Positions 11,944-26,500 of a stretch of DNA of 64,000 nt are shown here, one piece after another; the stretch's first letter is position 1, and each line of letters begins with the position of its first letter. The notes under the pieces are model-generated. The model had not been told where the DNA came from and made no database searches. It saw only the letters and a program-made list of their open reading frames with translations. The DNA lies in contig CAXHJY010000607.1 in NCBI GenBank assembly GCA_964016885.1, positions 15,001 to 79,000 on the forward strand. The letters are read 5' to 3'. This stretch comes from Eledone cirrhosa. Lineage: Eukaryota. The position numbers were made by a program, and so were the translations under genes.

Positions 11944-14900
11944 TTACCGAGATATCTTGCTGAAATTCACGCCACACATAGCCAATGAGTGTCTGCACAT
12001 GTACCAGTAATTACAGATCGATCCGACCACGGGCGGCCGGCCCGCGATTGAAAAGGTAACTCCGCCGGCAAATCGCCATTTTTGGATTCGTTTTCTTCGA
12101 AGCACACCATTCGCCGGCGGACTTTGTTGACGTTTAACACGGTTTGGTTCCACAGCCACAACTATTGATTTTACGGAGATATCTTGCTGAAATTCACGCC
12201 ACACATAGCCAATGAGTGTCTGCACATGTACCAGTAATTACAGATCGATCCGACCACGGGCGGCCGGCCCGCGATTAAAAGGTAACTCCGCCGGCAAATC
12301 GTCATTTTTGGATTCGTTTTCTTCGAAGCACACCATTCGCCGGCGGACTTTGCTGACGTTTAACACGGTTTGGTTCCACAGCCACAACTATTGATTTTAC
12401 GGAGATATCTTGCTGAAATTCACGCCACACATAGCCAATGAGTGTCTGCACATGTACCAGTAATTACAGATCGATCCGACCACGGGCGGCCGGCCCGCGA
12501 TTGAAAAGGTAACTCCGCCGGCAAATCGCCATTTTTTGGATTCGTTTTCTTCGAAGCACACCATTCGCCGGCGGACTTTGTTGACGTTTAACACGGTTTG
12601 GTTCCACAGCCACAACTATTGATTTTACGGAGATATCTTGCTGAAATTCACGCCACACATAGCCAATGAGTGTCTGCACATGTACCAGTAATTACAGATC
12701 GATCCGACCACGGGCGGCCGGCCCGCGATTGAAAAGGTAACTCCGCCGGCAAATCGTCATTTTTGGATTCGTTTTCTTCGAAGCACACCATTCGCCGGCG
12801 GACTTTGCTGACGTTTAACACGGTTTGGTTCCACAGCCACAACTATTGATTTTACGGAGATATCTTGCTGAAATTCACGCCACACATAGCCAATGAGTGT
12901 CTGCACATGTACCAGTAATTACAGATCGATCCGACCACGGGCGGCCGGCCCGCGATTGAAAAGGTAACTCCGCCGGCAAATCGCCATTTTTGGATTCGTT
13001 TTCTTCGAAGCACACCATTCGCCGGCGGACTTTGTTGACGTTTAACACGGTTTGGTTCCACAGCCACAACTATTGATTTTACGGAGATATCTTGCTGAAA
13101 TTCACGCCACACATAGCCAATGAGTGTCTGCACATGTACCAGTAATTACAGATCGATCCGACCACGGGCGGCCGGCCCGCGATTGAAAAGGTAACTCCGC
13201 CGGCAAATCGTCATTTTTGGATTCGTTTTCTTCGAAGCACACCATTCGCCGGCGGACTTTGTTGACGTTTAACACGGTTTGGTTCCACAGCCACAACTAT
13301 TGATTTTACGGAGATATCTTGCTGAAATTCACGCCACACATAGCCAATGAGTGTCTGCACATGTACCAGTAATTACAGATCGATCCGACCACGGGCGGCC
13401 GGCCCGCGATTGAAAAGGTAACTCCGCCGGCAAATCGTCATTTTTGGATTCGTTTTCTTCGAAGCACACCATTCGCCGGCGGACTTTGTTGACGTTTAAC
13501 ACGGTTTGGTTCCACAGCCACAACTATTGATTTTACTGAGATATCTTGCTGAAATTCACGCCACACATAGCCAATGAGTGTCTGCACATGTACCAGTAAT
13601 TACAGATCGATCCGACCACGGGCGGCCGGCCCGCGATTGAAAAGGTAACTCCGCCGGCAAATCGCCATTTTTGGATTCGTTTTCTTCGAAGCACACCATT
13701 CGCCGGCGGACTTTGTTGACGTTTAACACGGTTTGGTTCCACAGCCACAACTATTGATTTTACGGAGATATCTTGCTGAAATTCACGCCACACATAGCCA
13801 ATGAGTGTCTGCACATGTACCAGTAATTACAGATCGATCCGACCACGGGCGGCCGGCCCGCGATTGAAAAGGTAACTCCGCCGGCAAATCGTCATTTTTG
13901 GATTCGTTTTCTTCGAAGCACACCATTCGCCGGCGGACTTTGTTGACGTTTAACACGGTTTGGTTCCACAGCCACAACTATTGATTTTACGGAGATATCT
14001 TGCTGAAATTCACGCCACCCATAGCCAATGAGTGTCTGCACATGTACCAGTAATTACAGATCGATCCGACCACGGGCGGCCGGCCCGCGATTGAAAAGGT
14101 AACTCCGCCGGCAAATCGTCATTTTTGGATTCGTTTTCTTCGAAGCACACCATTCGCCGGCGGACTTTGCTGACGTTTAACACGGTTTGGTTCCACAGCC
14201 ACAACTATTGATTTTACGGAGATATCTTGCTGAAATTCACGCCACCCATAGCCAATGAGTGTCTGCACATGTACCAGTAATTACAGATCGATCCGACCAC
14301 GGGCGGCCGGGCCGTGATTGAAAAGGTAACTCCGCCGGCAAATCGTCATTTTTGGATTCGTTTTCTTCGAAGCACACCATTCGCCGGCGGACTTTGTTGA
14401 CGTTTAACACGGTTTGGTTCCACAGCCACAACTATTGATTTTACGGAGATATCTTGCTGAAATTCACGCCACCCATAGCCAATGAGTGTCTGCACATGTA
14501 CCAGTAATTACAGATCGACCCGACCACGGGCGGCCGGCCCGCGATTGAAAAGGTAACTCCGCCGGCAAATCGTCATTTTTGGATTCGTTTTCTTCGAAGC
14601 ACACCATTCGCCGGCGACTTTGCTGACGTTTAACACGGTTTGGTTCCACAGCCACAACTATTGATTTTACGGAGATATCTTGCTGAAATTCACGCCACAC
14701 ATAGCCAATGAGTGTCCTGCACATGTACCAGTAATTACAGATCGATCCGACCACGGGCGGGCCGGCCCGCGATTGAAAAGGTAACTCCGCCGGCAAATCG
14801 TCATTTTTGGATTCGTTTTCTTCGAAGCACACCATTCGCCGGCGGACGTTGTTGACGTTTAACACGGTTTGGTTCCACAGCCACAACTATTGATTTTACG

Positions 14901-15577
14901 GAGATATCTTGCTGAAATTCACGCCACACATAGCCAATGAGTGTCTGCACATGTACCAGTAATTACAGATCGATCCGACCACGGGCGGCCGGGCCGTGAT
15001 TGAAAAGGTAACTCCGCCGGCAAATCGTCATTTTTGGATTCGTTTTCTTCGAAGCACACCATTCGCCGGCGGACTTTGCTGACGTTTAACACGGTTTGTT
15101 CCACAGCCACAACTATTGATTTTACGGAGATATCTTGCTGAAATTCACGCCACACATAGCCAATGAGTGTCTGCACATGTACCAGTAATTACAGATCGAT
15201 CCGACCACGGGCGGCCGGCCCGCGATTGAAAAAGGTAACTCCGCCGGCAAATCGTCATTTTTGGATTCGTTTTCTTACGAAGCACACCATTCGCCGGCGA
15301 ACTTTGTTGACGTTTAACACGGTTTGGTTCCACAGCCACAACTATTGATTTTACGGAGATATCTTGCTGAAATTCACGCCACACATAGCCAATGAGTGTC
15401 TGCACATGTACCAGTAATTATAGATCGATCCGACACGGGCGGCCGGCCCGCGATTGAAAAGGTAACTCCGCCGGCAAATCGTCATTTTTTGGATTCGTTT
15501 TCTTCGAAGCACACCATTCGCCGGCGGACTTTGTTGACGTTTAACACGGTTTGGTTCCACAGCCACAACTATTGATT
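11490..15577. repeat. Copy 2 of the 18-monomer block first seen at 1501-5586
   Basis: It has the same order of variants as 1501-5586. Its 3' part is overlaid by private single-base indels. Confidence 0.88.
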
Positions 15578-16345
15578 TTACGGAGATATCTTGCTGAAAT
15601 TCACGCCACACATAGCCAATGAGTGTCTGCACATGTACCAGTAATTACAGATCGATCCGACCACGGGCGGCCGGCCCGCGATTGAAAAGGTAACTCCGCC
15701 GGCAAATCGTCATTTTTGGATTCGTTTTCTTCGAAGCACACCATTCGCCGGCGGACTTTGTTGACGTTTAACACGGTTTGGTTCCACAGCCACAACTATT
15801 GATTTTACGGAGATATCTTGCTGAAATTCACGCCACACATAGCCAATGAGTGTCTGCACATGTACCAGTAATTACAGATCGATCCGACCACGGGCGGCCG
15901 GGCCGTGATTGAAAAGGTAACTCCGCCGGCAAATCGTCATTTTTGGATTCGTTTCTTCGAAGCACACCATTCGCCGGCGGACTTTGCTGACGTTTAACAC
16001 GGTTTGGTTCCACAGCCACAACTATTGATTTTACGGAGATATCTTGCTGAAATTCACGCCACACATAGCCAATGAGTGTCTGCACATGTACCAGTAATTA
16101 CAGATCGATCCGACCACGGGCGCCGGCCCGCGATTGAAAAGGTAACTCCGCCGGCAAATCGTCATTTTTGGATTCGTTTTCTTCGAAGCACACCATTCGC
16201 CGGCGGACTTTGTTGACGTTTAACACGGTTTGGTTCCACGAGCCACAACTATTGATTTTACGGAGATATCTTGCTGAAATTCACGCCACACATAGCCCAA
16301 TGAGTTGTCTGCACATGTACCAGTAATTATAGATCGATGACCACG
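14600..16345. other. Patch of private 1-2 bp indels, probably low-quality consensus sequence
   Basis: About 14 indels fall in 8 monomers, e.g. GGCGACT ~14615, GTCCTGC ~14716, TTTGTTCC ~15097, CTTACGAAG ~15277, CCACGAGCC ~16240, GATGACC ~16339. They are absent from the paralogous monomers at 4.4-5.6 kb. Confidence 0.75.
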
Positions 16346-17619
16346 GGCGGCCGACCCGCGATTGAAAAGGTAACTCCGCCGGCAAATCGTCATTTTTGGA
16401 TTCGTTTTCTTCGAAGCACACCATTCGCCGGCGGACTTTGTTGACGTTTAACACGGTTTGGTTCCACAGCCACAACTATTGATTTTACGGAGATATCTTG
16501 CTGAAATTCACGCCACACATAGCCAATGAGTGTCTGCACATGTACCAGTAATTACAGATCGATCCGACCACGGGCGGCCGGCCCGCGATTGAAAAGGTAA
16601 CTCCGCCGGCAAATCGCCATTTTTGGATTCGTTTTCTTCGAAGCACACCATTCGCCGGCGGACTTTGTTGACGTTTAACACGGTTTGGTTCCACAGCCAC
16701 AACTATTGATTTTACGGAGATATCTTGCTGAAATTCACGCCACCCATAGCCAATGAGTGTCTGCACATGTACCAGTAATTACAGATCGACCCGACCACGG
16801 GCGGCCGGCCCGCGATTGAAAAGGTAACTCCGCCGGCAAATCGTCATTTTTGGATTCGTTTTCTTCGAAGCACACCATTCGCCGGCGGACTTTGTTGACG
16901 TTTAACACGGTTTGGTTCCACAGCCACAACTATTGATTTTACGGAGATATCTTGCTGAAATTCACGCCACACATAGCCAATGAGTGTCTGCACATGTACC
17001 AGTAATTACAGATCGATCCGACCACGGGCGGCCGGCCCGCGATTTAAAAGGTAACTCCGCCGGCAAATCGTCATTTTTGGATTCGTTTTCTTCGAAGCAC
17101 ACCATTCGCCGGCGGACTTTGTTGACGTTTAACACGGTTTGGTTCCACAGCCACAACTATTGATTTTACGGAGATATCTTGCTGAAATTCACGCCACACA
17201 TAGCCAATGAGTGTCTGCACATGTACCAGTAATTACAGATCGATCCGACCACGGGCGGCCGGCCCGCGATTGAAAAGGTAACTCCGCCGGCAAATCGTCA
17301 TTTTTGGATTCGTTTTCTTCGAAGCACACCATTCGCCGGCGGACTTTGTTGACGTTTAACACGGTTTGGTTCCACAGCCACAACTATTGATTTTACGGAG
17401 ATATCTTGCTGAAATTCACGCCACACATAGCCAATGAGTGTCTGCACATGTACCAGTAATTACAGATCGATCCGACCACGGGCGGCCGGGCCGTGATTGA
17501 AAAGGTAACTCCGCCGGCAAATCGTCATTTTTGGATTCGTTTTCTTCGAAGCACACCATTCGCCGGCGGACTTTGCTGACGTTTAACACGGTTTGGTTCC
17601 ACAGCCACAACTATTGATT

Positions 17620-20570
17620 TTACGGAGATATCTTGCTGAAATTCACGCCACACATAGCCAATGAGTGTCTGCACATGTACCAGTAATTACAGATCGATCC
17701 GACCACGGGCGGCCGGCCCGCGATTGAAAAGGTAACTCCGCCGGCAAATCGTCATTTTTGGATTCGTTTTCTTCGAAGCACACCATTCGCCGGCGGACTT
17801 TGTTGACGTTTAACACGGTTTGGTTCCACAGCCACAACTATTGATTTTACGGAGATATCTTGCTGAAATTCACGCCACACATAGCCAATGAGTGTCTGCA
17901 CATGTACCAGTAATTACAGATCGATCCGACCACGGGCGGCCGGCCCGCGATTGAAAAGGTAACTCCGCCGGCAAATCGCCATTTTTGGATTCGTTTTCTT
18001 CGAAGCACACCATTCGCCGGCGGACTTTGTTGACGTTTAACACGGTTTGGTTCCACAGCCACAACTATTGATTTTACGGAGATATCTTGCTGAAATTCAC
18101 GCCACCCATAGCCAATGAGTGTCTGCACATGTACCAGTAATTACAGATCGACCCGACCACGGGCGGCCGGCCCGCGATTGAAAAGGTAACTCCGCCGGCA
18201 AATCGTCATTTTTGGATTCGTTTTCTTCGAAGCACACCATTCGCCGGCGGACGTTGTTGACGTTTAACACGGTTTGGTTCCACAGCCACAACTATTGATT
18301 TTACGGAGATATCTTGCTGAAATTCACGCCACACATAGCCAATGAGTGTCTGCACATGTACCAGTAATTACAGATCGATCCGACCACGGGCGGCCGGGCC
18401 GTGATTGAAAAGGTAACTCCGCCGGCAAATCGTCATTTTTGGATTCGTTTTCTTCGAAGCACACCATTCGCCGGCGGACTTTGCTGACGTTTAACACGGT
18501 TTGGTTCCACAGCCACAACTATTGATTTTACGGAGATATCTTGCTGAAATTCACGCCACACATAGCCAATGAGTGTCTGCACATGTACCAGTAATTACAG
18601 ATCGATCCGACCACGGGCGGCCGGCCCGCGATTTAAAAGGTAACTCCGCCGGCAAATCGTCATTTTTGGATTCGTTTTCTTCGAAGCACACCATTCGCCG
18701 GCGGACTTTGTTGACGTTTAACACGGTTTGGTTCCACAGCCACAACTATTGATTTTACGGAGATATCTTGCTGAAATTCACGCCACACATAGCCAATGAG
18801 TGTCTGCACATGTACCAGTAATTATAGATCGATCCGACCACGGGCGGCCGGCCCGCGATTGAAAAGGTAACTCCGCCGGCAAATCGTCATTTTTGGATTC
18901 GTTTTCTTCGAAGCACACCATTCGCCGGCGGACTTTGTTGACGTTTAACACGGTTTGGTTCCACAGCCACAACTATTGATTTTACGGAGATATCTTGCTG
19001 AAATTCACGCCACACATAGCCAATGAGTGTCTGCACATGTACCAGTAATTACAGATCGATCCGACCACGGGCGGCCGGCCCGCGATTGAAAAGGTAACTC
19101 CGCCGGCAAATCGTCATTTTTGGATTCGTTTTCTTCGAAGCACACCATTCGCCGGCGGACTTTGTTGACGTTTAACACGGTTTGGTTCCACAGCCACAAC
19201 TATTGATTTTACGGAGATATCTTGCTGAAATTCACGCCACACATAGCCAATGAGTGTCTGCACATGTACCAGTAATTACAGATCGATCCGACCACGGGCG
19301 GCCGGCCCGCGATTGAAAAGGTAACTCCGCCGGCAAATCGCCATTTTTGGATTCGTTTTCTTCGAAGCACACCATTCGCCGGCGGACTTTGTTGACGTTT
19401 AACACGGTTTGGTTCCACAGCCACAACTATTGATTTTACGGAGATATCTTGCTGAAATTCACGCCACCCATAGCCAATGAGTGTCTGCACATGTACCAGT
19501 AATTACAGATCGACCCGACCACGGGCGGCCGGCCCGCGATTGAAAAGGTAACTCCGCCGGCAAATCGTCATTTTTGGATTCGTTTTCTTCGAAGCACACC
19601 ATTCGCCGGCGGACGTTGTTGACGTTTAACACGGTTTGGTTCCACAGCCACAACTATTGATTTTACGGAGATATCTTGCTGAAATTCACGCCACACATAG
19701 CCAATGAGTGTCTGCACATGTACCAGTAATTACAGATCGATCCGACCACGGGCGGCCGGGCCGTGATTGAAAAGGTAACTCCGCCGGCAAATCGTCATTT
19801 TTGGATTCGTTTTCTTCGAAGCACACCATTCGCCGGCGGACTTTGCTGACGTTTAACACGGTTTGGTTCCACAGCCACAACTATTGATTTTACGGAGATA
19901 TCTTGCTGAAATTCACGCCACACATAGCCAATGAGTGTCTGCACATGTACCAGTAATTACAGATCGATCCGACCACGGGCGGCCGGCCCGCGATTTAAAA
20001 GGTAACTCCGCCGGCAAATCGTCATTTTTGGATTCGTTTTCTTCGAAGCACACCATTCGCCGGCGGACTTTGTTGACGTTTAACACGGTTTGGTTCCACA
20101 GCCACAACTATTGATTTTACGGAGATATCTTGCTGAAATTCACGCCACACATAGCCAATGAGTGTCTGCACATGTACCAGTAATTATAGATCGATCCGAC
20201 CACGGGCGGCCGGCCCGCGATTGAAAAGGTAACTCCGCCGGCAAATCGTCATTTTTGGATTCGTTTTCTTCGAAGCACACCATTCGCCGGCGGACTTTGT
20301 TGACGTTTAACACGGTTTGGTTCCACAGCCACAACTATTGATTTTACGGAGATATCTTGCTGAAATTCACGCCACACATAGCCAATGAGTGTCTGCACAT
20401 GTACCAGTAATTACAGATCGATCCGACCACGGGCGGCCGGCCCGCGATTGAAAAGGTAACTCCGCCGGCAAATCGTCATTTTTGGATTCGTTTTCTTCGA
20501 AGCACACCATTCGCCGGCGGACTTTGTTGACGTTTAACACGGTTTGGTTCCACAGCCACAACTATTGATT
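17620..20570. repeat. Tandem 6-monomer higher-order repeat (1362 bp), just over 2 copies
   Basis: Variant units pair at +1362: 17847/19209 (lone GCC unit), 18097/19459 (CCACCC+GACCC+GACGTTG), 18324/19686 (GGGCCGTG), 18551/19913 (GATTTAAAAG), 18778/20140 (TTATAG). Confidence 0.92.
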
Positions 20571-23500
20571 TTACGGAGATATCTTGCTGAAATTCACGCC
20601 ACACATAGCCAATGAGTGTCTGCACATGTACCAGTAATTACAGATCGATCCGACCACGGGCGGCCGGGCCGTGATTGAAAAGGTAACTCCGCCGGCAAAT
20701 CGTCATTTTTGGATTCGTTTTCTTCGAAGCACACCATTCGCCGGCGGACTTTGCTGACGTTTAACACGGTTTGGTTCCACAGCCACAACTATTGATTTTA
20801 CGGAGATATCTTGCTGAAATTCACGCCACACATAGCCAATGAGTGTCTGCACATGTACCAGTAATTACAGATCGATCCGACCACGGGCGGCCGGCCCGCG
20901 ATTGAAAAGGTAACTCCGCCGGCAAATCGTCATTTTTGGATTCGTTTTCTTCGAAGCACACCATTCGCCGGCGGACTTTGTTGACGTTTAACACGGTTTG
21001 GTTCCACAGCCACAACTATTGATTTTACGGAGATATCTTGCTGAAATTCACGCCACACATAGCCAATGAGTGTCTGCACATGTACCAGTAATTATAGATC
21101 GATCCGACCACGGGCGGCCGGCCCGCGATTGAAAAGGTAACTCCGCCGGCAAATCGTCATTTTTGGATTCGTTTTCTTCGAAGCACACCATTCGCCGGCG
21201 GACTTTGTTGACGTTTAACACGGTTTGGTTCCACAGCCACAACTATTGATTTTACGGAGATATCTTGCTGAAATTCACGCCACACATAGCCAATGAGTGT
21301 CTGCACATGTACCAGTAATTACAGATCGATCCGACCACGGGCGGCCGGCCCGCGATTGAAAAGGTAACTCCGCCGGCAAATCGCCATTTTTGGATTCGTT
21401 TTCTTCGAAGCACACCATTCGCCGGCGGACTTTGCTGACGTTTAACACGGTTTGGTTCCACAGCCACAACTATTGATTTTACGGAGATATCTTGCTGAAA
21501 TTCACGCCACACATAGCCAATGAGTGTCTGCACATGTACCAGTAATTACAGATCGATCCGACCACGGGCGGCCGGCCCGCGATTGAAAAGGTAACTCCGC
21601 CGGCAAATCGTCATTTTTGGATTCGTTTTCTTCGAAGCACACCATTCGCCGGCGGACTTTGTTGACGTTTAACACGGTTTGGTTCCACAGCCACAACTAT
21701 TGATTTTACGGAGATATCTTGCTGAAATTCACGCCACACATAGCCAATGAGTGTCTGCACATGTACCAGTAATTACAGATCGATCCGACCACGGGCGGCC
21801 GGGCCGTGATTGAAAAGGTAACTCCGCCGGCAAATCGTCATTTTTGGATTCGTTTTCTTCGAAGCACACCATTCGCCGGCGGACTTTGCTGACGTTTAAC
21901 ACGGTTTGGTTCCACAGCCACAACTATTGATTTTACCGAGATATCTTGCTGAAATTCACGCCACACATAGCCAATGAGTGTCTGCACATGTACCAGTAAT
22001 TACAGATCGATCCGACCACGGGCGGCCGGCCCGCGATTGAAAAGGTAACTCCGCCGGCAAATCGCCATTTTTGGATTCGTTTTCTTCGAAGCACACCATT
22101 CGCCGGCGGACTTTGTTGACGTTTAACACGGTTTGGTTCCACAGCCACAACTATTGATTTTACCGAGATATCTTGCTGAAATTCACGCCACACATAGCCA
22201 ATGAGTGTCTGCACATGTACCAGTAATTACAGATCGATCCGACCACAGACGGCCGGCCCGCGATTGAAAAGGTAACTCCGCCGGCAAATCGCCATTTTTG
22301 GATTCGTTTTCTTCGAAGCACACCATTCGCCGGCGGACTTTGTTGACGTTTAACACGGTTTGGTTCCACAGCCACAACTATTGATTTTACGGAGATATCT
22401 TGCTGAAATTCACGCCACACATAGCCAATGAGTGTCTGCACATGTACCAGTAATTACAGATCGATCCGACCACGGGCGGCCGGCCCGCGATTGAAAAGGT
22501 AACTCCGCCGGCAAATCGCCATTTTTGGATTCGTTTTCTTCGAAGCACACCATTCGCCGGCGGACTTTGTTGACGTTTAACACGGTTTGGTTCCACAGCC
22601 ACAACTATTGATTTTACCGAGATATCTTGCTGAAATTCACGCCACACATAGCCAATGAGTGTCTGCACATGTACCAGTAATTACAGATCGATCCGACCAC
22701 GGACGGCCGGCCCGCGATTGAAAAGGTAACTCCGCCGGCAAATCGCCATTTTTGGATTCGTTTTCTTCGAAGCACACCATTCGCCGGCGGACTTTGTTGA
22801 CGTTTAACACGGTTTGGTTCCACAGCCACAACTATTGATTTTACGGAGATATCTTGCTGAAATTCACGCCACACATAGCCAATGAGTGTCTGCACATGTA
22901 CCAGTAATTACAGATCGATCCGACCACGGGCGGCCGGCCCGCGATTGAAAAGGTAACTCCGCCGGCAAATCGCCATTTTTGGATTCGTTTTCTTCGAAGC
23001 ACACCATTCGCCGGCGGACTTTGTTGACGTTTAACACGGTTTGGTTCCACAGCCACAACTATTGATTTTACCGAGATATCTTGCTGAAATTCACGCCACA
23101 CATAGCCAATGAGTGTCTGCACATGTACCAGTAATTACAGATCGATCCGACCACGGGCGGCCGGCCCGCGATTGAAAAGGTAACTCCGCCGGCAAATCGC
23201 CATTTTTGGATTCATTTTCTTCGAAGCACACCATTCGCCGGCGGACTTTGTTGACGTTTAACACGGTTTGGTTCCACAGCCACAACTATTGATTTTACGG
23301 AGATATCTTGCTGAAATTCACGCCACACATAGCCAATGAGTGTCTGCACATGTACCAGTAATTACAGATCGATCCGACCACGGGCGGCCGGCCCGCGATT
23401 GAAAAGGTAACTCCGCCGGCAAATCGCCATTTTTGGATTCGTTTTCTTCGAAGCACACCATTCGCCGGCGGACTTTGTTGACGTTTAACACGGTTTGGTT

Positions 23501-26500
23501 CCACAGCCACAACTATTGATTTTACGGAGATATCTTGCTGAAATTCACGCCACACATAGCCAATGAGTGTCTGCACATGTACCAGTAATTACAGATCGAT
23601 CCGACCACGGGCGGCCGGCCCGCGATTGAAAAGGTAACTCCGCCGGCAAATCGCCATTTTTGGATTCGTTTTCTTCGAAGCACACCATTCGCCGGCGGAC
23701 TTTGTTGACGTTTAACACGGTTTGGTTCCACAGCCACAACTATTGATTTTACGGAGATATCTTGCTGAAATTCACGCCACACATAGCCAATGAGTGTCTG
23801 CACATGTACCAGTAATTACAGATCGATCCGACCACGGACGGCCGGCCCGCGATTGAAAAGGTAACTCCGCCGGCAAATCGCCATTTTTGGATTCGTTTTC
23901 TTCGAAGCACACCATTCGCCGGCGGACTTTGTTGACGTTTAACACGGTTTGGTTCCACAGCCACAACTATTGATTTTACGGAGATATCTTGCTGAAATTC
24001 ACGCCACACATAGCCAATGAGTGTCTGCACATGTACCAGTAATTACAGATCGATCCGACCACGGGCGGCCGGCCCGCGATTGAAAAGGTAACTCCGCCGG
24101 CAAATCGCCATTTTTGGATTCGTTTTCTTCGAAGCACACCATTCGCCGGCGGACTTTGTTGACGTTTAACACGGTTTGGTTCCACAGCCACAACTATTGA
24201 TTTTACCGAGATATCTTGCTGAAATTCACGCCACACATAGCCAATGAGTGTCTGCACATGTACCAGTAATTACAGATCGATCCGACCACGGGCGGCCGGC
24301 CCGCGATTGAAAAGGTAACTCCGCCGGCAAATCGCCATTTTTGGATTCGTTTTCTTCGAAGCACACCATTCGCCGGCGGACTTTGTTGACGTTTAACACG
24401 GTTTGGTTCCACAGCCACAACTATTGATTTTACGGAGATATCTTGCTGAAATTCACGCCACACATAGCCAATGAGTGTCTGCACATGTACCAGTAATTAC
24501 AGATCGATCCGACCACGGGCGGCCGGCCCGCGATTGAAAAGGTAACTCCGCCGGCAAATCGCCATTTTTGGATTCGTTTTCTTCGAAGCACACCATTCGC
24601 CGGCGGACTTTGTTGACGTTTAACACGGTTTGGTTCCACAGCCACAACTATTGATTTTACGGAGATATCTTGCTGAAATTCACGCCACACATAGCCAATG
24701 AGTGTCTGCACATGTACCAGTAATTACAGATCGATCCGACCACGGGCGGCCGGCCCGCGATTGAAAAGGTAACTCCGCCGGCAAATCGTCATTTTTGGAT
24801 TCGTTTTCTTCGAAGCACACCATTCGCCGGCGGACTTTGCTGACGTTTAACACGGTTTGGTTCCACAGCCACAACTATTGATTTTACGGAGATATCTTGC
24901 TGAAATTCACGCCACACATAGCCAATGAGTGTCTGCACATGTACCAGTAATTACAGATCGATCCGACCACGGGCGGCCGGCCCGCGATTGAAAAGGTAAC
25001 TCCGCCGGCAAATCGCCATTTTTGGATTCGTTTTCTTCGAAGCACACCATTCGCCGGCGGACTTTGTTGACGTTTAACACGGTTTGGTTCCACAGCCACA
25101 ACTATTGATTTTACGGAGATATCTTGCTGAAATTCACGCCACACATAGCCAATGAGTGTCTGCACATGTACCAGTAATTACAGATCGATCCGACCACGGG
25201 CGGCCGGCCCGCGATTGAAAAGGTAACTCCGCCGGCAAATCGTCATTTTTGGATTCGTTTTCTTCGAAGCACACCATTCGCCGGCGGACTTTGCTGACGT
25301 TTAACACGGTTTGGTTCCACAGCCACAACTATTGATTTTACGGAGATATCTTGCTGAAATTCACGCCACACATAGCCAATGAGTGTCTGCACATGTACCA
25401 GTAATTACAGATCGATCCGACCACGGGCGGCCGACCCGCGATTGAAAAGGTAACTCCGCCGGCAAATCGCCATTTTTGGATTCGTTTTCTTCGAAGCACA
25501 CCATTCGCCGGCGGACTTTGTTGACGTTTAACACGGTTTGGTTCCACAGCCACAACTATTGATTTTACGGAGATATCTTGCTGAAATTCACGCCACACAT
25601 AGCCAATGAGTGTCTGCACATGTACCAGTAATTACAGATCGATCCGACCACGGGCGGCCGGCCCGCGATTGAAAAGGTAACTCCGCCGGCAAATCGCCAT
25701 TTTTGGATTCGTTTTCTTCGAAGCACACCATTCGCCGGCGGACTTTGTTGACGTTTAACACGGTTTGGTTCCACAGCCACAACTATTGATTTTACCGAGA
25801 TATCTTGCTGAAATTCACGCCACACATAGCCAATGAGTGTCTGCACATGTACCAGTAATTACAGATCGATCCGACCACGGACGGCCGGCCCGCGATTGAA
25901 AAGGTAACTCCGCCGGCAAATCGCCATTTTTGGATTCGTTTTCTTCGAAGCACACCATTCGCCGGCGGACTTTGTTGACGTTTAACACGGTTTGGTTCCA
26001 CAGCCACAACTATTGATTTTACGGAGATATCTTGCTGAAATTCACGCCACACATAGCCAATGAGTGTCTGCACATGTACCAGTAATTACAGATCGATCCG
26101 ACCACGGGCGGCCGGCCCGCGATTGAAAAGGTAACTCCGCCGGCAAATCGCCATTTTTGGATTCGTTTTCTTCGAAGCACACCATTCGCCGGCGGACTTT
26201 GTTGACGTTTAACACGGTTTGGTTCCACAGCCACAACTATTGATTTTACCGAGATATCTTGCTGAAATTCACGCCACACATAGCCAATGAGTGTCTGCAC
26301 ATGTACCAGTAATTACAGATCGATCCGACCACGGGCGGCCGGCCCGCGATTGAAAAGGTAACTCCGCCGGCAAATCGCCATTTTTGGATTCGTTTTCTTC
26401 GAAGCACACCATTCGCCGGCGGACTTTGTTGACGTTTAACACGGTTTGGTTCCACAGCCACAACTATTGATTTTACGGAGATATCTTGCTGAAATTCACG

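Noticed and set aside
14464-16085. Longer or novel ORFs (140, 85, 86 and 61 aa)
   Set aside because: They are frame fusions caused by the private indels in the probable low-quality patch.
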